Source: Haplodiscus bocki (lineage: Eukaryota). From it: a DNA stretch of 64,000 bases. The number at the start of each line of letters is the position of its first letter. Position 1 is the first letter of the stretch. The notes beneath the pieces are model-generated. The model ran no database searches and had not been told where the DNA came from. It was given only the letters and a program-made list of their open reading frames with translations. The stretch lies in the NCBI GenBank assembly GCA_965655095.1, contig OZ296657.1, positions 27,838,001 through 27,902,000 on the forward strand. Direction: 5' to 3'. Positions 12,501-24,970 of the stretch are shown here, piece after piece. A program made the translations under genes and the position numbers.

Positions 12501-12969
12501 CCATACCTTTTACAAAAGCCATATATATAGTTATACAAATAAAAAAACAGTTAAATTTAGCTGAACTGCAGCTGCCTACAATAAAGAGTGCACAATTCAA
12601 GATGACGGTATACAAAATACAAGTGAGTGAATAAACTGAAATTAATTATTTTTCAAAACCTACTTTGACAGGCCTCCTGAAGCTTATGACAACATTTTTT
12701 TGTTTGCGTGTGCAGAAATGAGCGCGAAGGTTGTAGAGAATACGTTTGAAACTAACGAGCAAACGTCTCATTTTTCATTGAGACTTGTAAAAACCCTTCA
12801 ACAAACTTCTTTTCCCGTTTTTTATACTTTTTTACCGTCATACTCTTTAGAATATGAAAGCAATATCTTCCTCTCATCTGGAACGTTTTTTAATGAGACG
12901 TTTTCCTATTGCGTTCACGCCACATCGGCAAATATGTTCAAATTTCGGAATGTTTTTTTTTCATGGACC

Positions 12970-13341
12970 CAATGGCAACAGATTTGCCGTATAGTGCGAC
13001 TGAAAGGGTAAGATTCCTTAAAACGTCCAAATTTTGGGTCATTTTTGAAAAAATGGATGGCTTTTTTTGAAAAAGTCGCGGCTTTTTTTAAAGTCGCTAA
13101 AGGTGGCAAAAATGCTATAGAATGCGTATCGGGTGGTATTTTTTAAGAATCTTTTTTCACTCCCTTATTATGAGTTATTTTTAATTAAAAAAATGAGAAG
13201 TTTGTGAAGGTTGGAAAAAATAGAAAATATGGTGAGGAAAAAGTGTTTTATTCAAGGAAAAAACTTTCTAATCTTTCCAAATTGCCTCCTCACCAAATTG
13301 GGAAGGCGCAAAGTTTGCCGGTGGTAGCCGGACGTGTTGTT
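12970..13341 (+). mobile_element. Dispersed ~370-bp repeat with Helitron-like 3' hairpin
   Basis: Starts near ATTTGCCGTATAGTGCGACTGAAA and ends TTTGCCGGTGGTAGCCGGACGTGTTGTT; inverted relative to the copy at 12217-12500. Confidence 0.7.
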
Positions 13342-16144
13342 GTCTTTGTATTGGACCAATGTACATGTAACATTATAGATGTCTTTGATATATATTTGGT
13401 AACAGACGACCCTGCATAGATCATCGCGGTAATTCAAAACACATTGTTCCGAAAAACCTGGAGTTCCACAGCTCAAAAAACTGTCATTTCTCCGCTGATT
13501 AAGTTTCAAACATGCCAAACATAGGTCCTCGTAATCGGTACCCGAATCGTTTTTTCAATGGAATAGTATAATTCACAGTGCTCAAGGACGTTCAAAAATC
13601 ACAAATGGTATATTTTATGAACGTGCTCAGTCACTTGTAGAGTTGCACCTATAGTTTTGGTTCTGGTCCAGAACAACATTCATTTGTTTCCAGTATACTG
13701 TTTTTGTGTGAAATTTTCATTTTCTTGTTTCAGTTTTTCTAAAATTTTATTGAGATAACCGGTTTTGATGCTTTTGGCCGGTCACACGGGAAATATCTCT
13801 GGTCAACAGCCTGGATAATTGATTCCAATTTGAGATAGTTCAACAAAATGGCCTTCAGTTTTCGTTAGTCATTCGATTCGCAAGTTTGTTAACGATGGTG
13901 CTACAACGAGATTAAGAGAGCTACCAAATTTGTTCCCGAGACCATAGTAATCCCCACTATGCTTGGTTTTAAACATGAAATTATTACTTCAGCTTCATTG
14001 GTTTATATCAAAAAGTTGAACCTTCGACTTGTTTTTTTTAGTTTGATATTCTATCTTATGGTCTGCAATTCCTTTGGTCAACAGTCGTGGAATTTTCCGG
14101 TAATTTGGTCAATTCTTTCCCATCTTTTGCGCACTTGGAAGGGGAATTTCCAAAGTAGGGGGCTTTTTTGTGCCACCAAAACAATTGTTTGACCTCAATC
14201 TTTTCCGTGTTTTACATTTATTCTTACGTTCTGTTGCAATTAGTACGTACTTTGTGGAAAGGATTCTCTTGATTGCCAGAACCTTTTTTGATGTCAGGTA
14301 TCAGGCAGGTTTTTTTTGTTAGATTGTGATTGTCAAAGCTTTAAAACCAACATTCTATCGAGAACATTCTGAATGGATTTTAGAATGCTGCCATAGCAGT
14401 CTCTAGAGGTTGCGGTGCACGTTCAACTAATTAATTGCTCAATGGTTTGAACAGAAAGAGATGAAAAACATAAGTTGTGAAGAATCATTCCATTTATGCC
14501 GAGACTGCTGAAGATCTTCAGGGGAACTGAGATCACTCAAGGAGCTATATTATTGATCGGTTTATCCGAAGATACTGTCGCGGTAAGTATTATTTGATGT
14601 GCAGACATAGGTTTTAGCTGGGACTGGTGAAAAAAAAGAGATATATTTCTCGGTTTTGTAGTTTTTCTGGTTGGATCTTTTCTGATTTGTAGAAACTGTT
14701 GCCTATTGTTCCTGGTAGCAAAGGAGTTCCGACTAACTGAATGTGCAAAAAAAATTGAAGAAGTTTCGAATTTCCGCGTAACTTAAACTCGTTTTTTAGC
14801 AGAGCGACAGGCTGGCTAACATACACTAAAGTTCCATTTGAAACTTTTTACTCCCAAAGACTTTTTCGGTTCCCCATTTTGCGTCATGGATTGGAATTTT
14901 GAAAGGCTGAAAAAGCCAAAACCGTGATTATTAAATTTTTCCTTTCCTATCTGATTCTCCATACTGCTAGAGCGACCATGTTTTTTCCATAGCAAATTAG
15001 CAATCAACAGTCTTTTACACGTAGAAAAATATCCAGAAGAGTCAATGATTTTGTTTCTCCGATCAGGATCATGATACGCCGAAAATGCCATAAAACTGTT
15101 TTTACTATAAATCTTCAGTGATTTTTAAAATCATTACCTTCATCAAAATCACAATCCGATGTTTTCTACTAGAAGAAGCATGGTCCTGTGAAATATTTCA
15201 TGTTTTGTACCTTGCACAGGATTACTGATTGGTCGAAGATATCAAAAATTTTGATTAGTTTTTCCATTTCTGGCTATCTTTATGCAAGTTGTTCCCGATT
15301 TACTAGCTTGATTTTCTCCTTCAAGGTGTCAAAAAACAGCATTCTATTTGTCAAAAGTAATTGAACAAAATGCTTTCGTTGTGTTTCCTACTATTGAATC
15401 CCTGTTACGCCCACAAGGCTAAAATTTTTAATTATTAATGATGGTACGCCATATCTAATTTCATTTCCCGCCATAACTGCGGGCTGTTTTTCTTCCATCG
15501 ATGTCTTGATGGGCAGTTGTTTGTAAAAAAATTGAAATAATATGGGCTACCAGCTTGATAACCAGAATTAGCTGAAAACTGAAACTCTTATTTTTTTGAA
15601 GCTGCGTTCCATTCAAAGTACTGGGTCTCTTAGTCAAAATTATTAGATGCATTTTTGATCACGCTGTTCTGCTCCCCATTGACGGAAACTATCGCAGTGC
15701 CACTGCGTCTTTTGTTTCATAATATCTTTTTGTATTATGCCAAGTCATACTTTATACTTAGGTGTTTTTGTTTGAATTGGTTTAGCTTCAACTAACATCA
15801 TTCATGCACTATTTATTTAGACCAGGTGAATGATAATATTTTAATTTCATAATCGCAGGGAGCACAATATTGACTTTTTGAGATTGTGTCAATTGAAAAT
15901 TCGTTTTATCTCTCGAGGTTGAGACAATTTTCTGCTTTTACAATGATATGAAAAAGAAAAGGGGAACGTAAATTTTGAGCCTAAATTTTATTTGAGGGGG
16001 CGGAGGAACAACATCTAAAGGATAACGTCTCACAATCAATGTATTAAGATACGATATGAGCATGACTTTCCTTCAGACGTTTTTCCCGAAACAGGTTTAG
16101 GCGTTATTCTTTAGATGTTATTCCTGGTCTCCATTTTATTTTAG

Positions 16145-16342
16145 GTCAAGCTGGTGACTCCTTGTGAAACCAATGTGGCATATTTTCCCTTTGACGTCAC
16201 TCAGTGCAGCATTGTGATTGCGAGCTATGGGTTCACAGAGAGTTCAATCGCTTACTATTGGGACGAGAAGGGAGTCATTCTCAATTCAGACAATTTGGAT
16301 GATAACGGCTTCATATACCTATATGCCCATCTAGGGTCAAGG
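16145..16342 (+). CDS. Cys-loop ligand-gated chloride channel subunit, exon encoding Cys-loop and loop B
   Basis: Acceptor TTTTATTTTAG, donor GTCAGT at 16343; 198 nt, phase 0-0. VKLVTPCETNVAYFPFDVTQCSIVIASYGFTESSIAYYW...GSR has the C-x13-C loop with FPFD and loop B SYGF. Confidence 0.93.
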
Positions 16343-16961
16343 GTCAGTTTTTATTCACAAAATTTCATTAAAATTAGTCTATCAGATGAAAAATGGATTG
16401 ACAAAGCTTTCTAAGATACGGATAGCTTGATAATGCAGGTTCTTTTTTTATGTATTTGGAGATAGTATATATTTCAAATGAAATAAATAATGCCTTCTAT
16501 AGATCTGAAATACATTTTGTCAATTTTCCCTGAAGATTTTGAGCTTGACTGCAAGTCTGCGGAAGAAAGCTCGTCTTCAATACCATCTTCAATAGATCAA
16601 ATAGTGCACGAAATACCATCTGCAATGTGCATGTGTTCAAAAGCAGAGAAAAAAATCACCAAAACACTAATCGTTGATAATGCATTCAGTTAACGTTTAA
16701 AAAATTCATTGACACGTCCACTTAGTTAGCAGTGCCCCATTCACTGCTTATAATGGACCACACGGTTCGGAAGGTTGCACTTTGTTACATTACCGTCCCT
16801 AGCTAAAGAGAAGATTATTTTGCGTTTAAAATGTATTTAATTGAATTTGATTTTAGTTGAATACCGCTAGGTATAATAAATTAGCCATCTATTTAATGTA
16901 TCACTTCAATGCTTCAACTCTGAAGCATTGACAGATTGTCTATCTGTCGCACACTGCCGTC

Positions 16962-18882
16962 TGCGACGGACAAGTATACGACATTACGTCTGGAAGTGTC
17001 CACAACGGAAATCATGGAAGATATTTGCCCCCTTTCAAGACGGAAGCGACAACTAAAAACTTTTCCATCGTGTTATACATTACCTTTCATGTAAATATTA
17101 TCCTATATTAAAGTACATGTAAAGTAAGTCCATACAATAGACGGAAACGTCAAATTGAAGGCAAGCATAAATTTAAATACTGTACAAGCAAAGGTACAAT
17201 TGATTTTGGCGCTTCTCTATCCTCATTGGTTAATAGCCTAATAGTATATTCAATCAATTATGGTGGTGCTTGATGCTCAATTTTAATCCGCGGTCAAAAT
17301 GGCTAGCGTAGCGTAGACTGTTTTTTGACCAGCGCAAAATAAAGCAACCAAGTCGAAACAAGTCAGTGGCCGGTCTTTTGACCGGCTTACGACCTAACAA
17401 AGAAATAATGTCCTACGCAGTAAAAAAACCATTTAAAGGACTTTTGATGCGATGTATTTAACTCCTTTGATATATTAAAAGTCTTATGGTGATTCGAGCA
17501 ATACTTCACTATAACCACCCCGGAATGAAATTAAACAAGCCCAATTATTACATATGTTCAAGTTGTGACCAGTAACCCTAAATTTGTGTTGTGCATGTAT
17601 TTCATGAAATATTTCGTTTAACAAGACGAAATTTACGAAGGATGCTTTATTACCTAAACAGAACCCTATTGAGGTCCACAGATTACATATGGACTAATAA
17701 TTTGTCATCCTGGAGCTATCTTATAGATGTCGGTCAAAAACATTCTCTATGACCGGTCTTTGACCTGACTATATGGACAAACACCGGTCAGGCATCATAA
17801 TTGTGACGTGAACCAAAAACCAGTCCAAAGAAATCGCCACTAAAAGCGTCCCAACACACCTTTTAGCCCTACAACCAGTTAATATGACCACGCTGATGCT
17901 TTAAAACTTGAATACATGTATTTCCTATGAAATGTATTATGTTATAGGAAAAGTTTGTTTTTACCATAATGGTAATTTTTACTACGTTATTACTCATACC
18001 ATTTTTCCACTGACGTCACGTAATAGCGGTATATTCTTCCCTGATCCTATTTATATCTTTGGTTATAGTTACATATATACTTTTGACGTCACGAAATGAC
18101 GTGCGTTGATTGGAGGCCGAACAAAAGGTAAACAGAAGTATCAAGACCGACAATTGACCCAAAAAGATGACACAACAATTTTAGAGATAACATAAACAAG
18201 TTGCTTCTGAGAACATTGGAAAACTGATTCATTTTCCATTTGCCTGAATAATATTCATCTTCTGTTCTTTTGTGTTAATTCGATTTTTACCATTGGTTAA
18301 TTTAACTGCTGATTTTAAGACGGTTCCCACTCGAAAGGAGAAACAGCAAAATTAGAGGCTTTTTAGCCAATCAAATGAAATTGACATTGATTTTATGATT
18401 GGGCAAAGCAATCACGATGCGCAAACTAAAGGGAGAGATAGTAAAATGGACGAAGGTACTTCTTCAGAGAGCACAAACAACCCAGCTCTAGCTAATTATC
18501 CACAAGTGGATATGCACACACTTGAGGAAAGTATTGTTAGTAAAGTACGAAATGAATTGGAAAGCGTGATGACGACGGTCGAAATTAAAGTCCAAGACGC
18601 GGTTTTGACTGCGATAGAAAGTTCAGTAGTTCTTGAAGTGGAATTGCCCATGAACTCAGCCAAGGCGTCTTCAGGACGGAGTAATAACGGTGACGTAATA
18701 AAACCTGACCAGAGGTAAATTACAAGGAATTTTGAAGGCCTACAAATGACTGCTTCAAGTAGAATGAACTCATACACAGATATAAATAGAATCAACGAGA
18801 CTGGTGGCTATAGTGCCGTACAGGAAGGTGATTTGTTGGTCAACGAAAAATAATACTGACCGGCAAACACATACTCATCACA
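16962..18882 (+). mobile_element. 5' LTR (~1.9 kb) of a truncated Gypsy-type retrotransposon
   Basis: 3' end ...CTCATCACA followed directly by PBS-like TGGTGACAGGA at 18883 and gag-like coding. The 5' boundary (TGCGACGG at 16962) is approximate. Confidence 0.6.
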
Positions 18883-19730
18883 TGGTGACAGGACCAAACG
18901 CCTGACAAGAATTTCTCGAATTCTTCTCTGGGCAAATTCCAACTCATCGTGAACCTACACAATCAAGACACATGATTAGACAACTGTCGAGAGACACCAC
19001 ATTACCTGCATTGGAAAACACCCAAAAACGAGCATCCAATTACCATAACACTTCAATTAGCAGATTAGCTGAGGCAATCCCCGAAGTAGCGTCGCAACAA
19101 CCACCTACCACATCTCCAATAGCAAAACTAGCATCCACAAGCACATTAAAGTTTGATTGCAAGAAAGAGAATTTCGAACTATTCGAAGACTTTTTCCATA
19201 CAATGTTCAGAATGCAACCGGAGACGCCTGATGCAATGAAAATCAACCAGTTTCACGCACATTTGGGGAAATTTGCAAAGTTTTCGAAACATCAATGCAA
19301 CCATCAAAAAAATCTTGAAGACGTACTCATAGTTTTTTTGACGAAAATATGTTAAACCCGAATCACGAGAAACTGCTAAACAAAAATGGCACAAGCTCAC
19401 TTTTGACCCACATACAAAATCGCTCTCAGACTTTTTAGAGGAATCAAATGAGTACGCAGAACGAGCAATTGGTGATAATGCCCAACAAGTGAATGACAAT
19501 TTCCAAAACGCCAAAATGCCACCACATTTGAAGATGTCATTCAAGTTAGCATACCGCAAAAGTGGCATGTACGACCAGATAGTAGCCCATCTAGAAAAAA
19601 AACTAGCAGTTAGTGGCATAGAAAGTGACCGAAAACTCCCTATTCCCACTATGTCAGTAGCGGTAACAAGAGACAACGAAAGTAGACCAGGCTTTTCCAA
19701 GACATCATGCATTTACTGTAAAAACCCGGG
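18320..19730 (+). pseudogene. Decayed gag-like ORF starting in the LTR, truncated at the zinc knuckle
   Basis: Track ORFs 18395, 18972 and 19489 join via stops and frameshifts: ...FDCKKENFELFEDFFHTMFRMQPE..AMKINQFHAHL..., TAKQKWHKLTFDP..KSLSDFLEE, AKMPPHLK, ending in CIYCKNPG (start of a CX2CX4HX4C knuckle). Confidence 0.75.
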
Positions 19731-19734
19731 CTTT

Positions 19735-20830
19735 ACTTGGCTTGTTCAGCGTATCCGCATTCAATTGCAAAGAAGAAAGTGTGGCTTTTCGGTATTGACT
19801 ATTCATTTACAATTAGAAAATTCCTCCTTGAGGCCTTGGAAGAAAAAATCAAGTAAGTGGTTTCGAAGGAAAAGGAGTTTGAATATCGAAACAACTCCCT
19901 ACTGGTCGCTTCTTTCAGCATTTTCAATCTATGAGAATTCTGTTGCCAAGCGAACATTAGCATTTCAACATTAAAAAGAGAAAAAAATCCAAGTTTTAAG
20001 GGTTGGCTGACCTTCTTGAGTTCGAAAAATGTCGGTCACACATTGGTAGATTAATTGTCTTTGCAAAAAATTCAGCTTGAAGACCGAAGAAATTTTTTAC
20101 TGCTGGCCTTTATTGGCCCATTACAGATACCATGCTTTCTTGCAAATTATCAGAAATTGACTTGTCTTTGGTGTATGCTTTGTAATAGTGAAAAAATGCA
20201 CATTCAGGCCTTAAAGGAATATTTGAGGCCATAAAAGAAAACTTCAGTCTAGTAGTTACGGAGGAAAGGAGTTTGAAGTTTGAGGAAACTACATACTAAT
20301 GGAATGTTTTTGACATTTTCGGTGTCTGATATTTTTCTTCACGGAAAAGAAGCCTTTTTTAAGGTATTAGCTGAACTTCTACAAGTTGACATTTGTCCTT
20401 TAAGACAACGATAAAGGTAATCAAAGCAGTTACTTTGGAGACTTATGAGTTCAAATGTCGAGAAAGTCGAGACAAAAGGAAAGTTTTGAAGACTTCTGTT
20501 TCCGTAAATTCTGACAAAATTATGATCATGCCTGAGCAAAATTTTGAACGCGTTTTGAAAGATTTAAATCATTCAGTTGGGACCTTGAAGCAATGAATCA
20601 TTGCGGTTGTTAAGGAAAGAGGTGAATTTTCAAATCGAAAAGGGTAACTATTAATCTGTTTGTTTTGAAATTTCGGTCGCTCAAATGTCTTATGCAAAAA
20701 ACAAAGTGCCATAAAATAGTACTGATTGCTCTTATACAAATGTAAACGGTTGATGAGGACAATATTAGGTGAATTCAAACCCTTAGATTTGGTTAAACTT
20801 GAGTTTAACAATCGAGATAGTTCAGTACTA
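19735..20830 (+). repeat. Second cluster of the diverged ~180-bp repeat
   Basis: Cores such as CTAGTAGTTACGGAGGAAAGGAGTTTGAA (~20250), GTAAGTGGTTTCGAAGGAAAAGGAGTTTGAATATCG (~19855) and GCGGTTGTTAAGGAAAGAGGTGAATT (~20603) match the 9550-11330 unit. Confidence 0.5.
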
Positions 20831-21839
20831 TTGTAAGGTTGTGCCTTTTGAGCCAACCAGGTTTCTATTCAAAAGATCAAAACCCGTCCCTTCTTTGTCG
20901 GACGCGTTTCCACACGTAGGTGAGTTTTCGTTGGAGACTTAGAAGTAGAAATCAACGTGGTGGTTTTGCAGAGAATTGTTGTCGAATGCCCAAAAAAAAC
21001 CAATGTGCTTTTTTGCAGTCTGCGATCTCTGAGAAATTCAATCAGAAGAACAAACTGCCTGATTTCGTTTCACCACTGAACCACCTTTCAAAAATAGAGA
21101 ACTGTTTGTTGAGACTCTGGAAGAGGCAACAATGCCACTGGTTTTTTGAAACAATTTTTATGGCAAAAATGAAAATGGTAAGTACCTAAACTTTATTAGA
21201 ATTTTCCGTGTATCTGAATTCTGAGTCAAAAAAATAAAGCCATGTTGTGAATGCTCTTTGCCCTTCTAGATGTTGGGCGAGGTCGACTGAGAGATTGAAG
21301 AGAGAAACTTGCCCATAGGTTTGCAAGAAATTGAGTTTTGCTGAGTATGCAAATAATACGTTTTCAATATGTTCCAATGGGGCCAGATTGGTTTAGCCGT
21401 ACTGTGTGCACCCCATGAAGGTACAGGACACCGGTTTAAATCCTTTTGACGCAAAAAAGCTACCCGATTCCTCGTTGCTCAGATTTTATTTGTTTAGTAC
21501 CCTCTAAACATACTTGCTATCGCACTTCCGAAAAAGGTTTAATAATGATTGTAATCAACCAAGTCTTGATAAGGCACTTCTGTTTTCTTTCTGGCTTTCG
21601 CAGAAAAGTTAGGCCTTACTTCTGCCGTCGATAAGGGTTAATAACTTTTAAATACTTTTTTTGATGAGCGTTTTAGAATAATCTTTGGTCTGACAGTCAT
21701 CGAATATATGTTGGCCGTTGAGAAATTCAGCAGCTACATATTTTTTCTACCTAAAAAAATTTGAAAACTGCCGTGAACTGTCGAAAAGAGGCCATCCAAT
21801 CTTTTTGAAAAACACTACCGGAGTCAAACCGAGTTCAAC

Positions 21840-24800
21840 AACGTGTTTTCACAACCACTTCGACGGAAGGAGTTAACGTGTTCAATTGAGATCAGCATTA
21901 TGCCGTTTTTTGAGCACTGCTGCCTCAGTGTTTTTGGCTCCATCAAGGTCGAATATAACGCTGCCGTTGTTGTCTATGGAAAGTCAAAAAATAAAAGATC
22001 AACCGGGTTTCCATATCTTTAAAAATGGACCATCGGCTTGCTTGAAAGAGCAGCAAGTTTTTCATCAAGTTTCTCAAGTCTCACTTTCTCAATAAGTTGC
22101 GCAACTGATCTCTATGCTGCATCCAACTATTCCGATGGTAATTCCTGCGATTCCCTTTTTTTTACTAAAGTTGGGTGCTTGCACGTTAACAATACAAGCA
22201 ACAAATTATCAACGATCGGGCGGATTTTATCAACAGTCCGCAACTCATAGCTTTGCAACACATTTTGTTTCAAGTAGTGATAATGACACGTCAAATATTC
22301 AAGAAACCGAATGCTGTGAAATGTTGTGCGTTACAAGTGTAAGGACTAAATGCAAATCGCGACGGTAGACGTGCATTCTGCAGATTATTTCGAGCAAGAT
22401 CATGTGCTGTCTGTCTCAGCTTGCAGTCATTATTGAAATTCGGAGAAGTTGGCTAACAGGCTTGAACTTCAGGGTCCTCCGTTGAAACTCATTGTTAGAT
22501 TTATTTTTTCTCAGCAGACAGCGTTGACTCCGGTTCATTCGGGTGACTCCTGTGCCCCGTTCAATTTCAGAAGATGAGGAAAGGTCTTATCATTGGTATC
22601 GATATCATCGAGGTCAACAAAAAATTTCAACAATAGTATGCATACCCTCAGCCATTTACGCTCTGTGAGTACTGCTTAAAGTTCAACATTCATATAAACT
22701 TGGCAAAGGCGACGTATTCTTAGGGGCACAGCGAATTCCATGGCAATTTGCTGATAGCACTTTTTTGACAGTGCCAAACTTACTTGAACGTTATTTTTTC
22801 TTCTTCATTCCTGAAAACATCAGTTCGCGGTCTCCGCGGAGATAAAACGAAAGTTCCTACAAGGCGGTGTCTTTGCAATGGCGCAGACCTGCCTTTCATT
22901 TCTGTGGTTGGGAAACCTGGCACTAAACGTTGCAGTGTCCCAATACAGGAGCAAAAAATTTCAGCGCAAAAAAATCGCCAACATATGCCTCCGATGCGCT
23001 GCAGAAAACTGCCTCAGACAAGGCAGTATTACAGCTTAAAGCGGTTAGTATCGTCCAGAAAAACAGTTTTATGGACTTGGAAGGCACTTGGCAGGCTTCG
23101 CGTGTTAGAGCTGGAGTTTATAGCACCTTGGAGATGCAAATTGACAGCTATTTCATGCGGACGGACAGCAGAACCGTGCTACAGTGGCTTTGAAAAGGCA
23201 AAAAACTTGCTTTAATTTCAATTTTCGTCGCTGAAAAATTTGACTGAGCCACGATGGAAAATTGGAGTTTTGTTCGGTCCCCAGAGAATCCTGTTGACAC
23301 AAGTACACGTGGTTTTGCAGCTAGTTCGCCTGTGGAAATTAGTTGTCTGAAAAATCTCGACTTTTTGGATCATCAGATTTGCTTTTCGAGCCTTTAATTG
23401 AAATTGTCAGAAAAATCAGTTTGACCATGCAAATTCCTCACACTGAGTTAGGTTCTGAATGTCATGACACTGCAACGTTGGCCAAAATCGTGATCATTAA
23501 TACATCAACTTTCAGGGGGGGAGTTAGAGCTCACCTGCTTTTTTTTCTGCGAAATGTTTTGTATGTTTTGCGTGCGTTGCCGAAATGTAATGGTAACAGA
23601 ACACCAAATAGATCAATCACTGATGCAGGTGGGCTTATACGCGCATAAGAGTAACCTTCCTCCTAATACGGCGTGAGTCTTCCAAGGCAGAGCATAAATG
23701 CTTCTTCAAAATGTCCTCCAAGCAGAAGTGCTCAAAAGTAGTTAATTTGCCCCGTTGATCAGACCCTACAGTATAGTTGAAGCAAAGGTCCAAAAGCAAA
23801 GCTCAAATTGATAGTCCGATCATGGCAAACTTTTTGGTTATTGTTTAATGTTCCTTTCTTCTTCTTTCTCAAACAGCGAAAATGATCGCTTCAGACTCTA
23901 TTACGTGTCCGTCTAGTGGTTGACAAAAACAGCGGAGATCTCCCTCCAACTGTCTGGCCGCAAATAAATTTGAGGTGATGTCGTTATTGGACACGAGTAG
24001 TTTGGTCATCGGAATGGAGAGACCTGTTTCATGCTGTGATTTTCCGTCAGTCGTTTCGTCTGACAATGGAACCAAAATCTTAGAAATTAAAGACGAACTC
24101 AGCCAAAATATCTTTAACTGGAATCAAATCTTAGTTGATTCTGTCGTAAAGAAGGGTACTCTTTTGTAGTTTAAGCCGAGCAGCTCCCAGGTTATGGTGT
24201 TGCAGAAGAACGTTTAATGGGAAGTTTCATGCATATTTTTTACGCTCTTATTGGCAACAGATTCCGGAACGACGAAATACTCAGCATAGCAATTTTTTGT
24301 GTTCAACAGAGTCTCAATGCAAGTCCGACAATTCCAGCCAGTTCAATTTTCAACCGATCTGGAGAAATTGATTCCAAACCGTTTTCTTCTCGGATCGTCG
24401 AGCTCAAATTTACCGTCTTACTTTCCGAACGCCTTCGATCACTTTAGATACTACGTCGGCTCGCCAGCCTACTCCAAAGCAATTTGAATGAGACGACTAA
24501 AAGAGTACGATCGCAATTTGAATAGTCGATCGAAGTTGGCAACTTCTCAAAAACGAGTCTTGGAAACCGGCATTCTTGTCTGGTCACAAAGTCAACAAAT
24601 CCTTTGGGTTACTACCGCCTGGCCCGTATCATGAATTTACAAATTGGCAAGGATGCAATCGCACGTTTAGTTGAGCTGGAAACATCGTCCCGATTTCTTG
24701 TCCGCTTGCAGGTTGAATTCAGTTTGGTTCTCTCAGCAGTCTAAAACACTCCATGTGGTCTAATTTTTGTAAGCATGCAACGTAATGTTCAATGTCATGC

Positions 24801-24970
24801 GAATTAACCTTCAATGCTTTCTACAATCTTTCGGACCCGGAGGACGTTGCGTAAGCAAACAGTAGTCTTTCGTTCCAGTTTCACCGGACCAAATTGGCTA
24901 AGCAGTTGTGTGTGCGACTTAGAACCAACCGGACACCAGTTCAAGTCGCATTGAGGCAAATGTCTTCAAT
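21840..24970 (+). mobile_element. Decayed, internally deleted BEL/Pao LTR retrotransposon
   Basis: Plus-strand remnants in BEL order: protease-like SACSH.*NSEKLANRLELQGPPLKL (~22410); RNase H region MRTDSRTVLQW (~23155) and ENPVDTSTRG (~23284); integrase SLLDTSSLVIGMER...SDNGT (~23980-24070) and LIPNRFLLG. Short 3' LTR at ~24845-24970. Confidence 0.8.

Noticed and set aside
14455-14590. Candidate upstream channel exon ending at the strong donor CG|GTAAGT (14583)
   Set aside because: All three frames contain stops shortly upstream and there is no WxPD or loop E similarity.
19179-19712. 177-aa minus-strand ORF
   Set aside because: Antisense shadow of the plus-strand gag remnant.
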